Assembly: GCA_043228905.1 (NCBI GenBank)
Contig: JBHGNT010000011.1
Coordinates: forward strand, 11,284,001 to 11,348,000
DNA from: Azolla caroliniana
Taxonomy: Eukaryota; Plantae; Polypodiophyta
Reading direction: 5' to 3'
Length of the DNA stretch: 64,000 nucleotides
The notes beneath the pieces are model-generated. The model was not told the origin of the DNA and searched no databases. It worked only from the letters and a program-made list of their open reading frames with translations. The position numbers and the translations under genes are program-made. This document shows, in pieces, positions 12,101 to 25,306 of this stretch. The first letter of the stretch is position 1; every line of letters starts with the position of its first letter.

Positions 12101-13771
12101 GCCGGTAAGATACATCTTTACAGGTCCATACTTTCTGTGGTGAGTCCCCTTCCAAGGGTGCTGAGGGTGATCTGTTTATCACATAGGTCGCCATCATCAC
12201 CGCCTCAGCCCAAAATGTCTTGGGTAACTTGGCATGTGCTAGCATGCTTTAGACTCTCTCCATTATGGTCCGGTTCATCCTTTTAGACAACCTGTTTAAT
12301 TCCGTCATCTTCGGCACGCTAAATTCAAGCTGGATTCCCTTCGACAAGAAGTACTCCTCGAACTGCCCCCAGTATTCTCCTCTGTTATCTGCTCGAACCA
12401 CCTTCAGCTTCTGGCTGGTTTCTCTTTACACTCTCACGTGGAGCTCCTTGAAGACGGACAACACCTGATCCTTCGTCTTCAACAGTGAGACCCACAACTT
12501 CCGGCTATGGTCTTCTATGAACCTCACGAAGTACAATCAAACCTCCGGAATGTGTCAGACTTCTTTCAACAACAATTTGCATTCGGTTGATGTCGTCAAC
12601 AACACATCTCCTATGTTGATGATTCGGCAGGTCCCTTCATTCCCTATCTGGACACTATCGTGATCTCCGGTTGTGTAGGATGAGAAGCATCTCCGGTCTG
12701 GTGTTAGGTGGAGCGATGCTCCGGAATCGATAACCCACATTGTCTCGTCGCAGACAAGGTTTAACTCATTGTCCTCAGTAATTGGCATCAGTTCTTCTTC
12801 ACTTGTCGCGATTGCCGACGTTCCCTTCCGATTCGAGCTTTTCCGTTCCGAATCTTTCTTCGAATCGGCATTGTCGGTTCCTTTCTCTTTCCGGAAATGC
12901 CGAGAGTTCTTTTGGAAGTGCCCCGGCTTCCCACAGTAGAAGCAAGTAGGCCTCCCCCTTGACTTTGACCTCGACCCGGATTTGTCCCGGTTTTGGGGAT
13001 TTCGATACCGGCCTCCGATACCAAGGCCTTCGAATCGGTTCCGGACTCCCAGTCCTTTCGGCGAGCTTCTTCATCTAGCAAGCTTGATTTTACCCTTGCT
13101 AGGACAACTGCTTTCCTTCCGGCCCAACCTTGCCCAAAGTGACAACTAGCGTCTCCCAACTATCCGGGAGGGAACCGAGCAGGAGCAATGCAAGTACCCT
13201 GTCGGCCAGAGGTACTTCAAGCAAAGTTGTTTGATTTATGAACCCCTGAAATGCATTCATGTGCTCTGCCATGCTGGATCCGTCCTGGTACCGGAGTCTC
13301 ATTAACTTCTGGAATACCAAAAACTGATTTACGGTGTTTTTACTCTCCAACATAATGCCAATTTTCTCCTACAACACATGAGCTTTACTTTCTTCATTGA
13401 AGTTGTTATATAGGCTCATGTCGATGAAGCACTAGATGTACGCCGCTGTCTTCATGTGCAGCACCTCCCATTTCGTGGCATCGATCTTGTCTGGTTTCTT
13501 GTCCCTGAACTGTATCGGCAGCTAGAGATCTTTGACCACGAGGATGTCCCTCATCTTTGACTTCCACACTGGGAGTTGGAGCCGGTGAGCTTGAACATGC
13601 CACCAAATGATTCTTCCATTCCCTTGTTCGCTGTGATACCAGATTGTGTAGAAATGACGGGCGACCATAACCGAGTCTTCAACAAGGAATAGAAGAGAAC
13701 AAACTAAAATAGAGATGACACAAGATGTTTACATGGAAAACCCTAAATGGAAAAACCATGGGAGCCCACGG
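8869..13771 (-). mobile_element. Ty1/Copia element B (degenerate): 3' LTR 8869-9440, 5' LTR from 13645 interrupted by Gypsy-3
   Basis: Gag/zinc knuckle, protease WVIDSGAS, integrase, RT LLLYVDDM and RNase H fragments. Met-type PBS (TGGTATCACAGC on -) at ~13630-13641; PPT next to 9440; related LTR starts at 8869 and 13645. Confidence 0.9.
11390..12049 (+). mobile_element. Solo LTR (Copia-type) inserted in the element B integrase
   Basis: TGTTAGG...TGTCA flanked by the 5-bp TSD TCTTG; TATAAATA and a (GA)n tract; similar to the element-B LTR in opposite orientation. Confidence 0.9.
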
Positions 13772-14227
13772 CGTTGTGAAAATCCGTCACTATGTGCGGA
13801 TCGCTAGGTAGAACCGCCGAGGTTCTGGACTAGAAGGATTTAGTGCAACACGTACAACACAAGCAAAATTCACATATAAGATGAGTAAATGAGAGAAAAT
13901 GTTCGTTTATAGCATAAGAAAATAGATTCTTTTATAAATTCAAGAATCTTGTTACAATGGGTTGGAGATGAAAATGAGAGATAAATTTTTTTAAAGAAAG
14001 GAGCCAACAACCATGTAAGGAGTGGTCCAATATGAATATGAGAGATAATTTTTGACAAGAAAGATTGAGCAAGCCAAGCCAAGAGTTTGATATCAATCTG
14101 AGAGATAATTTGTTCCCCAAGGAATGGGAGAGGGAAGAAGAAGGGGAAAAAAAAAAGTAGAGGGAAAAAATGGAACATATATTGAGCTCTTTGTTGATCC
14201 TCCTTCTCAATGTTACTTTGCATGTCC

Positions 14228-14995
14228 ACTTTTAGTTGCATGGCCTCTACTTTTAGTTGCATGCTTCCATTTTTAGTTGCATGCCTTTTACTTTTAGTTG
14301 CATTTCTTTTACTTTTAGTTGCATGGCCTTGGCTTTTAGTTGCATGCGACCGTCCGTATAATTTGGCCAAATGACCCAATCATCCATAAAGTTTAGCCTG
14401 TGCACAATCCGTACGTGCATTGCAACCAAACCGTAGACATGTCCGCGCGCAAAAGTCCCGACCGCGCCGTGTACGCATCCGGGTGCTCGTCTGCACACAC
14501 ACGTCCGTTCAAAACGTCCACGCGGCCGTGCACACATCTATGCACAAAAGTCCCAATTGCGCAGTATACAGATCCACGCATGCACACGTCTCGACCGCGA
14601 CGTGTACGTATCCGCGCGCTTGTCCAGACACACGTGTTCGTCTGAAATGTCCATGCAGCCGTGCATGTGTATGCCCGAAACATGCACACGCGCGTACATC
14701 CGAAAACGTCCACGCGTCCGTGCACGCGTCCGCGCGCTCTTCCGCAAACACATGTCCATCTAAAACGTCCACGCAACTGTGCGCAAAAGTATCGATTGCG
14801 CAGTGTACGCATTCACGCATGCACACGTCCCGACCGCGCCGTGTATGCATCCGCACGCTCGTCCAGACACACGTGTCCGTCCAAAACGTCCACGTGGTTG
14901 TGCACGTGTATGCCCAAAATGTGCACACACACGTACATCCAAAAATATCCACACAGCCATGCACACACCCATATGCCCAAAGTGTGCACACCACA
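14228..14995. repeat. Tandem repeats within the Gypsy-3 LTR: ~21-bp TTTTAGTTGCATG units, then CpG-rich ~240-bp units
   Basis: About six TTTTAGTTGCAT copies at 14230-14345; repeated AAAACGTCCACGC/GTGCACAC blocks at 14400-14995. Confidence 0.85.
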
Positions 14996-15368
14996 CAATG
15001 TAGCCCAAGTCACCTTGAACATTTTGTGCTCCACACATTGATAGAATGAATATGTTTTGGTTTCCCTTATATATCTTAGGTTCCAATGTTGTCTTATCTA
15101 TGTGGGATATATCTCACAATTTTGTCTTTTCTTTCTTCTTCTTCAAACTTCACACTCATATAACTTGATACTTGTTTATCCGTTTCATGCGTAGTAAAAT
15201 ACGCTATGAAGCTCTTGAAGACATCTATCCATATGAATACATTTAGCTAATCTTAAATAATTGTTTTACTAGTTTTCATATCGTGTGTGAAAAATCACAC
15301 GACATTCACCCCCACCAAACCTGCACATCCACCGGTATGTGCCAATTGTGGTGAGGTTCCTCTTTTAA

Positions 15369-18300
15369 TTACTCCTTTTCAACCTCGATGTTTGAGGCTA
15401 TATCATCCAGAGCTTCGATCTCAAGATTTGGGGTCTCTCTTCTCTTAAAGATCTTGATTCTTTTCTCTGCAATTGGCAAAGCAAGTCGAGTTCCATCTAA
15501 CTCTGCTAAAAAATAGGTTACATTGCTTCCTATTTTCTTGACCATATACGGGCCAAACCATCGTTTTGCGAACTTTCGAGCAATGCTATATTGATTATCG
15601 AGACTACTATCATAGACAAGAACCCAATCTCCTTCTTCAATTTTTCTTTGTCGAACACGATGCTTTCTATAAAAATTCTCTTTGTTCTTCAATCGAGCTT
15701 GGCACAACCGTTCTATTGCCAACTCGACATCTTCGGGCCTCCGTTCTAGTTGTTGAATCCTCGTGGTTAGCAAGTCTTCTCGACTCATTTCGGCATAGAT
15801 GTCCACGAAGCAACACTTTGCTCGATAGGCATTATTGGTTTTTGCCCTAATATGAGTTCGGCCAACATATATCCTGTAGTCGTGCTATGTGTAGTTCTAT
15901 CAGCCCACAATGCATAAGGTAGTAATCGTGGCCAATTCCCCATCTTGCCGTGACAAGCCTTTGCTAGAGCTTTTACAATTGGACTATGTCCTCATTCCAC
16001 CTTCTCATTTGCGTCCGGGTTGTATGCCATGGTGAGCGATAGTTTGACGCCTATTCTTGAAAAGAATTCTTTAGCTTCATTCACATCTAATTCTCCCCTA
16101 TCAACTACTATTTTGCCAACACATCCGTATCGACAAATAACATCTCCAAGGAGAAACTTACAAACCGCCGAAGTTGTTTTATTCCTTAGCGCCCGTCCTT
16201 CTACTTGGTTGGTGAGATCCTCTCTTGCTAGCACGAGATACTTCATTTGCCCCAATCCCATCGGCATAACCACTATGTCTACCAACCACTATAGTGCATT
16301 GATAATGGATATGTCGGATGAAGTTCATCCCTATGTTGAATATTCGAGTATAATTGGCATTGCTCACATGTTTCAACATAGCTTGCTACATCTTTGTAAA
16401 CACTCGGCCACCAATACTTCTCCTTGAGCTTTGGAAATGTTGCCCATATACCTCGATGACTTGCCCACACACTATCATGAAATTCAGCAATTAGTGTTTG
16501 TTGATCTTGTTTCTTGCACACCACTCGAAGTGGAGTTCAATTCTTCTTCTTTGGAAACTTCCATAGATGTCCTTCTTTGAGGAAGAACTTGTAGGCCTTC
16601 TTCCTAATTCGGTAGAAGTCTTCCTTTGACCATGATTCATCCTTTGTAAGAGAGCTTAAGTACTTGCCAATTTTGACGAATTCACCCTCATAATCTTCTA
16701 CTTTAAACACGACAAGCACCCGAGCACAAGAAACTGTAAAGAAGTTTAGGCCAACATCTTCTTCGTCGGAGTGCAAATCTTCTTCACCCTCATACCTTGC
16801 CCTTGATAACATATCGGCCACCACATTATGCTTCCCATTTATATGTTGAATCTCGGGGTTGAGGGACTTGATATAGGCAATCCATCGCAACATAGCAATA
16901 TCCGGTGTAGCACAACCAGATATCATTCCAAGAATAGGTAGACAATCAATCTCGATTATGACCTCTGTCCCAATAAGGTAGTCACGATCGGTTTTAACCG
17001 CGGATACTATTCCCCATAGCTCTCTCTTTACTTGGGCATACTTCCTTTGTCTTTCGGTTAACACCTTTGCACTAAATCAGATTGCATACCGATTCTTTTC
17101 TTTGTCTTCTTGGTTTATCACCCATCCAATTCTGGTTGGGCTCGTATCCACCGTCACATATATCGGGGTACCTTCGGTGTAGTCGGCTTTTCGCAGTGCC
17201 AGAGCTTCCAATCATAGTTTCTTTAGCTTTTGAGCTTTTGAACTGCGTAGGTATGCTCATCTTTCCATTCGAACTTCTTCCTTTTCTTTAGTAATCCATA
17301 CAATGGTTCAACGACATGAGCATAATGTGGAATCCATATGTGATAGAATGCACATGCTCCCAAGAATCTTCGCACCTCTGTTTGAGACACACATTCTTCT
17401 TTCATCTCTTGAATTGCGTTCACCTTGGATGGAGATGTCTTCCGGCCATAAGACCCACATAAGTGTCCTACTACCAATATTTCTGGTTGACCGAATGCAG
17501 ACTTCTCTCTTGAAAACGTGAGATTTGCATCCTCAAGCTTTTGCAACACCTTCTCGCTATCCTTTATATGATTGATGACGAATCTTCAGCAACCATCTTC
17601 ATCCTTCGATTCATCTTTTTCTTCCACCAAGCATCCTTTGATTGGAATATCATCTAAGAAGGGCATTGTGATATCAGGGATACAATCCCTCAACACTTTG
17701 TTCATGGCATTCACCATGTGGGCTACAGAATTTGTTGCACCTTGGGGTAAGGTGCACATCCTTACCAACCCGATCAACGTCCTCATTGTCGTTATGTCTC
17801 TACTATGGACGACCAATTGAAATTGATCATAGCCCGAGTAGAGATCACCAATGGAATAGATTGATCTTCCTGCGAAGGCTTCGGCAAATTCATCCACACT
17901 TGGACCAATTCCGGCATTTTGGATCGTCACCTTGTTGACAGGTTGGAGATCTTGAATAAAGCGTAAGGACCCATTCTTCTTCGGCACCGTAAACCATCTA
18001 TTGGAGTAGGGAGCATTGGACGACTCAAGTATTCCCATCCTAACCTTTTCCTTTAGAAGCTCAATCTACTTCGGAATGTGAGCTCTTGGAACCGGTATTG
18101 GCTTGAGGTTCCAAGGTACATGCGGCACCGTAAAAATCACCATCGGCTCTATCATCTTCGGATTGGCACATCCGATCTCTTGTGGAGAGAAGGCAAAGGC
18201 TTTCCCATGTCTCTCAAGCATTCCGCGGAACATTCTCTCCTCTTCAAGGAGAAGGAAATCTTCCCTTCCAACTTGTAGCTTTCCTTTCGTCTCTTTGGTG

Positions 18301-20960
18301 AAGACATGACCTATCGCCTTTGGATCCCTTAAGCTCAGATCATTAGCAACTTCCTTCATCTTCTGCCAGCTATCTTCTGGTAGTGGAACCGCAACTGGCT
18401 TGATCTTCTTATCCACCATTTTATATTTTGTGTTGACTTCAGCTTCCTCCATCAAGATGCCTCGATGATATTCATTGATGATAGCGTACATGTTGACGGA
18501 GTTAACCGAAATCACATGTTGATCGTGAGGGTAGCTCAAGTCCACGACTTCCTCGATTTCACCGATGGTGTCGTTAAATGAGGCTTCCTCTAGAATATGA
18601 GACATGAATTCTTCTTCTTCGATTATGCTTCCTTCTTTCAACATCTTCTTGAAGTCTTGTATCCGATGCTTGTCCTTCTTGTTGAGTAGTGTTAGTTTAC
18701 ATGATCCACTAGGTGTCACACATGTTGCTTCTCCTTGCGATCCACTTATTTTGCTTCCTTGTGGGGACTTATGATTGCTCAGACTATTTGTGCCCCACGC
18801 TTAAATACTCTGCTCTAAAAATCCGAGGATTTGCCTCGAAGGCTATCTCGGTTCCTTTCGTGATTAGCCTGCACCGTAAGGAATTGAACAGATCTTTGAT
18901 TGTCAAGGCTCTTGACTCGCGCGAAGGCCGCTCCGTTATCGAACACCTTAGTCCCCATCCGGGATGATGTGATATATGGTTGTCCTAGGATGACGGGATG
19001 TGAAGCCAAGTCTTGCACAAAGAAGTGTTGATCCATCTCCACATCTCCGATCGTGACTTTAACATTGGGGCAAGCTCCGTACAAGTCTTCCGTGGCCTTC
19101 GTTGCCACTCGTATCTTTCATCCGTGGTTTGTGTTGATTGGCCATCTTCCTTTCTTGTAGAATTCGGTCGACATGAGGTTGATCTCCGAACCGTGGTCAA
19201 TCAAGGCTACCAAGGTCTCTTTCTTTTCTCCGATCTTCACCGGAGTCTCCGTTGTCGCTCTTGCCCAATGAGGCCGAGAGTAATGGCTGTCCGCCATCAC
19301 TTCTTCTTCCTCCTCTTCTGATCTTTCCATGGTTATGGCACTTGTTTTCACCTCCTCTTCATCCGATTGTTGCCACTTCCGCTTAATCAAGTCCATGATA
19401 GTATCGTGGAACTCCTTCTTAGCGATCCCAAGTAGCTCTCTCAAAGTAAGGTTGACATGACTGTCTAAAACCTTCTCCTCAAGGACCTTCCGCAAGTTGG
19501 TTGTTTGTTCTATGTCTGACCTTAGCTTGTAAGTCGGCGCCGCTCATTCTTTTCCTTTCTTCACAGATTCATCGACTTCCATCTGAGACGGTTGGCTCGA
19601 TCCACCAGGCTTTATGCTTGTTTCGGCGTAGGTTGGGCTTGTCCTTCTTTCCTTGCATTCCTCGTACTGTGACGCTTTGATGTGCCATCTTCTTCACTGG
19701 TTCTTTTCCTCTTCTCTTCAACAAGAGCTTCATAGTTGTCACACACAACCTCCGCAAAGCTTGTGTTATCATCAACTGGATCTGACCATCCGGTAACTCG
19801 TCACACATTCCGATCAACATGTTTTAGATCCTCCAAATCTATTTTTCCTTTCTTTTCGCACTCGAATACCGTTGGCCAAAACCCAGCTCCCGGCTTGATC
19901 TTCTTTAGATTCTCTCTTCCGACTCGTATTCCCGCCGATGCGGCGTAGTGCATGGCTTCCACATGCCTTGCATCTTCCTCTTCCACAATCTTTTTCAACC
20001 CGCCTCTTTCGAAGTTCTCTCATAGTGGCTTTCGGGTCTCGATCGAGTGGATCATGTTGCCGTCTAAATAGAAGACATTCTTGCGAATTGCTTCTTGCAA
20101 GTCAGTGCACTCCCTTCGCGAGTGCTCGAAGCTGTCACACCACACACATCTCCACGTCGACCTAAGTTGGCCAGCGATACTGCTTCAAACTTCTTGGAGA
20201 GCTCTTCGATTATAGATTCCTCCATCGCGTTCTTGTCGAAATTGTTGATCGGCTTGTTAGACTCGATCGTCACAGGTGCCTTCCTCCTCCACGATTGTGG
20301 ATTCTTCATATCAGTTTCCTCTTGCCATTGTCGACGCTTATCAAGACGGCTACAAGCCTTCTTCACCGCTACCCAGTCCGCTACCAAGCCATTTGGTTGT
20401 GTTTCATCCTCCAAAAAGTTACCCAATTCACGCCGATCTTTCGCATCCATTGCCTTCAGGAATAGGAGGACTTTATCTCCATCGAGAACTTTTTGATCAA
20501 CACTCGGAAGTCGGTTATACTTCTGGTCGAACTCGGCATATACTCCAAACGCACACATATTCTTCCCTTTCTTCTCGATCCAAGACATTAGTGTATGTCG
20601 AGTCATCCGTGATGCGTCTTCAAGCATGTATTCAGTGAGAAGAGCCTTTTCGAACTCCACCCAAGTTGCATGCTCGTTTTGGATCTCCATGACGCGCTCG
20701 CGGATCCCTGGTTCCACCACACGTTTGAAGCTAGAAATTTTTTTGAGATCATTGACATCTCTTTGTTGCATCTCGTTCCGATAGGTAGCAAGAAAATCCA
20801 TGATGTTCTTGCCACCAAATCGTCCAGCTATCTCGACAGTACGATCAATAGCTTTGTCGATTAAAGCTTCTTAATCTCTCACCTTCAACATGTATTCCAT
20901 TCCGGACACCATGCCTTTTGTTAATTCCTCTCCTTGAGTTCCGCTTGTGGAAGCCATCAT
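15369..20960 (-). pseudogene. Gag-PR and Pol of Gypsy-3, multiply disrupted
   Basis: Series of minus-strand ORF fragments (20064-20801 through 15369-15806) collinear with the Gypsy-1 proteins. Confidence 0.9.
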
Positions 20961-21221
20961 TGCACTTGATATCCTCCCTATTGCCTCTTTCACGTCGGGT
21001 TCACCACTTAATTACGTCGTGAAAATCCGCCACTATGTGCGGATGGCGAGGCGAAACCGCCGGGGTTCTGGACTAGAAGGATTTAGTGCAACACGTACAA
21101 CACAAGCAAAATTCACATATAAGACGAGTAAATGAGAGAAAAAGTTCATTTATAGCATCAGAAAATAGATTCTTTTATAATTCAAGAATCTTGTTACAAT
21201 GGGTTGGAGATGAAAATGAGA

Positions 21222-22094
21222 CTTCAACCGCGTGCCGATCCGCCTCGTTCGCCACGACCTCGGGGCGGATCTGCCTCCGTGTACAACATCCATCAGTGTG
21301 CATGCTCGTTGACGCACCCACATGGTTCTCCTCCACTAGGAGGATTGACTATAAGTTGAAAAACAAGGGCGTATTCTCTCTTATACAGACCATCGGCCGG
21401 AATGCTCCGAACTTTGACGCTAGGCCCCCGAGACAAACCTACACCATCTCATCTTCCTCGATGGTTCTCCTCCACTAGGAGCATTGACTATAAGTCGAAA
21501 AACAAGGGCGCATTCTCTCTTATACAGACCGTCGTCCGGAATGCTCCGAACTTTGATGCTAGGCCCCCGAGACAAACCTACACCATCTCATCTTCCTCGA
21601 TGGTCACGTTGATAGAGGCAAGTGAGTCGCAGATGTCTTTGATCCGGGCCGTATAGTCGGCCACCGACATGTCCTTTTGTCGGACATTGCTCAACTCTTG
21701 TCGGAGTTGCAACTTCTTTAGGTTTCCCTAAGCTTCCTTTGGCGTCTTGGTGTCTTGGATATGGCTCAGCAACTGATTATCGACATTGGACGCGAAGCAG
21801 TACATAACTTTGCTTGTCGCTTGTTCCCAAGTCGGGAAGTCCCTATGTGTTGCATCAGGCACCGTATCGTTAGCTCCGTTGACATAAATCCAGTAACCAT
21901 GCCCGAGCAGGTACTGGTGCACCTTGTACGACCAAGATGAATAGTTGGATGTGTCAAGCTTCTCCATTGGGAGCGAGCTAGCCATTCCTCGGTCCATATT
22001 CTTCTTCTGTCTGTTCTTTATCGGGTGTTAGGGTTTGTCTTCTGAAAACGCTTATCAACTGTAGAGGTTCTCAACCCTCACGCTTTGATACCAT
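21222..22094 (-). mobile_element. Copia element C gag fragment with Met PBS; contains a ~140-bp tandem duplication (21322-21600)
   Basis: MEKLDTSNYSSWSYKVHQYLLGHGYW (Copia gag N-terminus); TGGTATCAAAGC PBS on - at 22082-22093. Confidence 0.85.
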
Positions 22095-23010
22095 GTGTGA
22101 AAGTGTTTTTAGAATCTAAGCCATTGAACATTAGAAGAATATAAAGTATGGATAATTCACATTTGGAGGCTAAGAGCATGAACCAAGACCTTAGGAAGAA
22201 GTCAAAAGTAAAAGTAAGAGACCAAGAGAAAAGTAAAAAGAGAAAAAGCGGACCATAAAAAATAGTAAAAAAGGAATGGTCATAACTCCGTTTTTCACCC
22301 AAATATTATGTTTAAATATGGGTTAGAAAGCTTGTAAAGAGAGCTAAGAAACCAAAGACCTTCTTACTACCAATCACTCAAACCCACAATTAAGACCCTT
22401 CCTCTTCCACTATGAACATTCTTCCTAATCCTCCTCCTCTATTAGGATCCCCTCCTTCCACTAAGACCTTTCTTCCTAATCCTCCTCCTCCTCTATTAGG
22501 ATTCCCTCCTTCCACTAATACGTTTCTTCCTAATCCTCCTCCTCCTCTATTAGAATCCCTCCCCCTCTATTAGGATCCTCTCCTTCCACTAATACCTTCC
22601 TTTCTCTATTATAATTTTCTTCTTCTCCCTCGTTCACGTTATTTTTAGAAGCTTTTTATCTCCTATTTTTAGCTAAGACCCAAGGACCTTCTAATTGTCA
22701 TATCTTGCTCATCAAAGCTCAACATTTAGCGATTTAAAAAGATATAGATAGCTCTCTTTACAAGCTTTCTAACCCATATTTAAACATAATATTTGGGTGA
22801 AAAACAAAGGAGTTATGACCATTCCTTTTTTACTGTTTTTTATGGTCCGCTTTTTCTCTTTTTACTTTTTACTTTTCTCTTGGTCTCTTACTTTTACTTT
22901 TGACTTCTTCCTAAGGTCTTGGCTCGTGTTCTTAGCCTCCAAATGTGAATTATCCATACTTTATATTCTTCTAATGTTCAATGGCTTAGATTCTAAAAAC
23001 ACTTTCACAC
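22095..23010. mobile_element. Non-autonomous foldback element with ~250-bp TIRs (MULE-like)
   Basis: 22095-22346 is the near-perfect reverse complement of 22749-23010 (GTGTGAAAGTG...CACTTTCACAC). Internal CTTCCTAATCCTCCTCCTCTATTAGG tandem repeats; no TSD visible. Confidence 0.8.
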
Positions 23011-25306
23011 TATTTATGCACCCAATTCTGAGCTTGTCTCTCAACAGTCCCCCTCAAGCTCAACTTGAGGTTCCATATGCTTTTCCAAATCTTCGCTCTA
23101 GCCTCTCCTAGCTTCACGCCTCGCTCGCACTCCTCGACCCGTTCGATTCCGCACGCTTCGACCCTTCTGGTCGGCTTGTTTGCTCATGCGGCCCTTCTCA
23201 GCTCCCTTTCACACTCTTGGTCCTGTCTCCCCATCAAGTTCGGCGTGTTGAGGTGACACAAACCCAATTCACCCGAGAAATGGCGCAAGTTGTCAAGACC
23301 AAGGGGCTTGGTAAAAATGTTGGCAATCTACCAACCTGTGAGAACATACGCTAATTCGACTTCACTAGAAAGGATATGCTCGCGGACAAAATGGTAGTGC
23401 ACCTCAATGTGCTTCGTCAGGGTTTTTCACAAAGTGGATGCTGCTGAGGTTGTCACAATAGGTCATAGTCAGATCAGACACCTCCACATGTAGATTCCGT
23501 AATAGCCGTCTCAGCCAAATGACTTCGCATGTAGCGACAATCGCCCCTCAATATTTGGCCTCAATGCTTCTTACTGCTCCACACGATTGCCGCACTTCCC
23601 AATGAGAATGCGTATCTGGATGTGGATCTACGATCGTGGGCATTTCCGGCCCAATCAACATCCGTGTAGCCAGCTAATTGTTCGGCTATGCTTGCCTAAT
23701 ACAACAATGCCATGTCCTTAGTGCCACTGTCATATCGTAATATCCTTTGCACACACTGAAAGTGTTCGGCCGTGGGCTGCGACATAAATTGACTGATCAA
23801 GCCGACTGGGTAACTGAGGTCTGGCCGCGTGATCGACAAGTAGATTAGGCTTCTGACAATCTGTCGGAACCGTGTCGAGTTGCACGCCTTACCCAAATCT
23901 CGGCTAAGCTTTACATTTTTTTCTAGAGGGGTTGAGATGAGCTTACAATTTGCCATCCCGAACTTGAAGAGCATGTTCAACGCGTAATGACATTGGCTGA
24001 TCAATATGCCTTCGGGGGAACGGATCACTTCGATCCAGAGGAAGTAATGAAGGTCTCCAAGATCCTTCATGTCGAATGATGCTGCAAGGTGAGACTTGAC
24101 ACGGCTGATTTCTTCCAGGTTGGCACCGATGATGACTAAATCGTCAACATACAGTAGAACACTAACCGGTCCATGTTTACCTTGCCGAACAAATAATGAA
24201 GAGTTTGACTTGGACGTCCTGAACCCCATCCTATGCAACCGCTGTGTAATCTTTGTGTTCCAAGCTCACGGGGCTTGATTAAGTCCGTATAAAGACTTCT
24301 TCAATCGGCAAACTACCGAAGTGTTCTGTTCGGATAGAAATCTGGGGGGCTATGTACACCTGTTCCTCAAGATCACCTTGCAGGAACGCATTTTTTACAT
24401 CCATCTAATGTAAGTGCCACCCCTTCGCCACTGCTACAGCTAGCAAAACACGCACGGTGCTCATCTTCGCGATTGGCGCGAACGTCTCGTTGTAATCTAT
24501 GTCATGCTTTTGCGTGTAGCCTTTCAGAACCAAACGGGCCTTATATCGGTTGACCGAGCCGTCAGTGTTGTATTTCACCTTAAACACCCATCTGCATCTG
24601 ATCAACTTAACAACTTTAGGTGTGTCAATCAGGTACCAAGTCTCGTTGTCCGATAAAGCGCACATCTTTTCCTCCATCGCGGCACGCCAGTTTGCGTCAT
24701 CCGTCGCTTCTACGTAGCTCTCCGGCTCACGCACTTCCACCACTCGTGTCATGTATGCATAATGGTGCACCATGTATTCATTGTACTCTTATCTTTTTAT
24801 GGGGTTCTTCAGGTGCATAGATCGACGTAATTCGTGATTACCCGATTTCACGACCTTTTCGGTTGATTTCGACCTCTTCCGTGGAGGTTCCTTCTCGATT
24901 GGCCCAAAGTAAGATTTGCTCCGATCTGACTTGGCACAGCCGAAATCGTATTCCAACATTTTCTTCTTCCCTTTTTCTTTACGCGTAAACCGTCTCCTTA
25001 GTTCTTTACCCGGGGACAACACGGTCGAGTCTCCAGTATTCGCCGGCTCTTCATTTGGTTGGCCATCTCGGCCCAACCCCTCATTCGGCCGGCTTAGCCA
25101 AAATGAGATCGGACTCTCTGTCAGAGCTTCGATTTCCTCATCACGCGGAGGCAGTTTGGCCTCGCTAACCTCTTCTTCAGAATTCGGAATGGAGTCATTA
25201 GGGATTGGAGGTGAAGGCAAGTACCACGAAGACTTCTCTCTTCTTCATGATCGTACATGCGCAAGTATGCCGAGTGAAGTCATCGATGAAGTTTACGAAG
25301 TAACGG
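23011..25306 (-). mobile_element. Copia element D (related to element A): LTR remnant, PPT, RNase H, RT, partial integrase
   Basis: LLYVDDL, YKARLV and YFVNFIDD motifs; LTR end ...CTCTCAACA at 23046 next to the PPT. Confidence 0.88.

Larger units (their letters stand above)
13772..21221 (-). mobile_element. Ty3/Gypsy element (Gypsy-3, tRNA-Trp PBS), degenerate; 3' LTR 13772-15304, 5' LTR truncated (21015-21221)
   Basis: Gag, protease (ALIDHGSEINLM), RT, RH and INT fragments homologous to Gypsy-1. The LTR segment at 13772 is repeated at 21015; PPT at ~15305-15320. Confidence 0.93.

Noticed and set aside
14253-15086. Many overlapping Cys/His/Arg-rich ORFs
   Set aside because: They arise from stop-poor CpG-rich tandem repeats inside an LTR.
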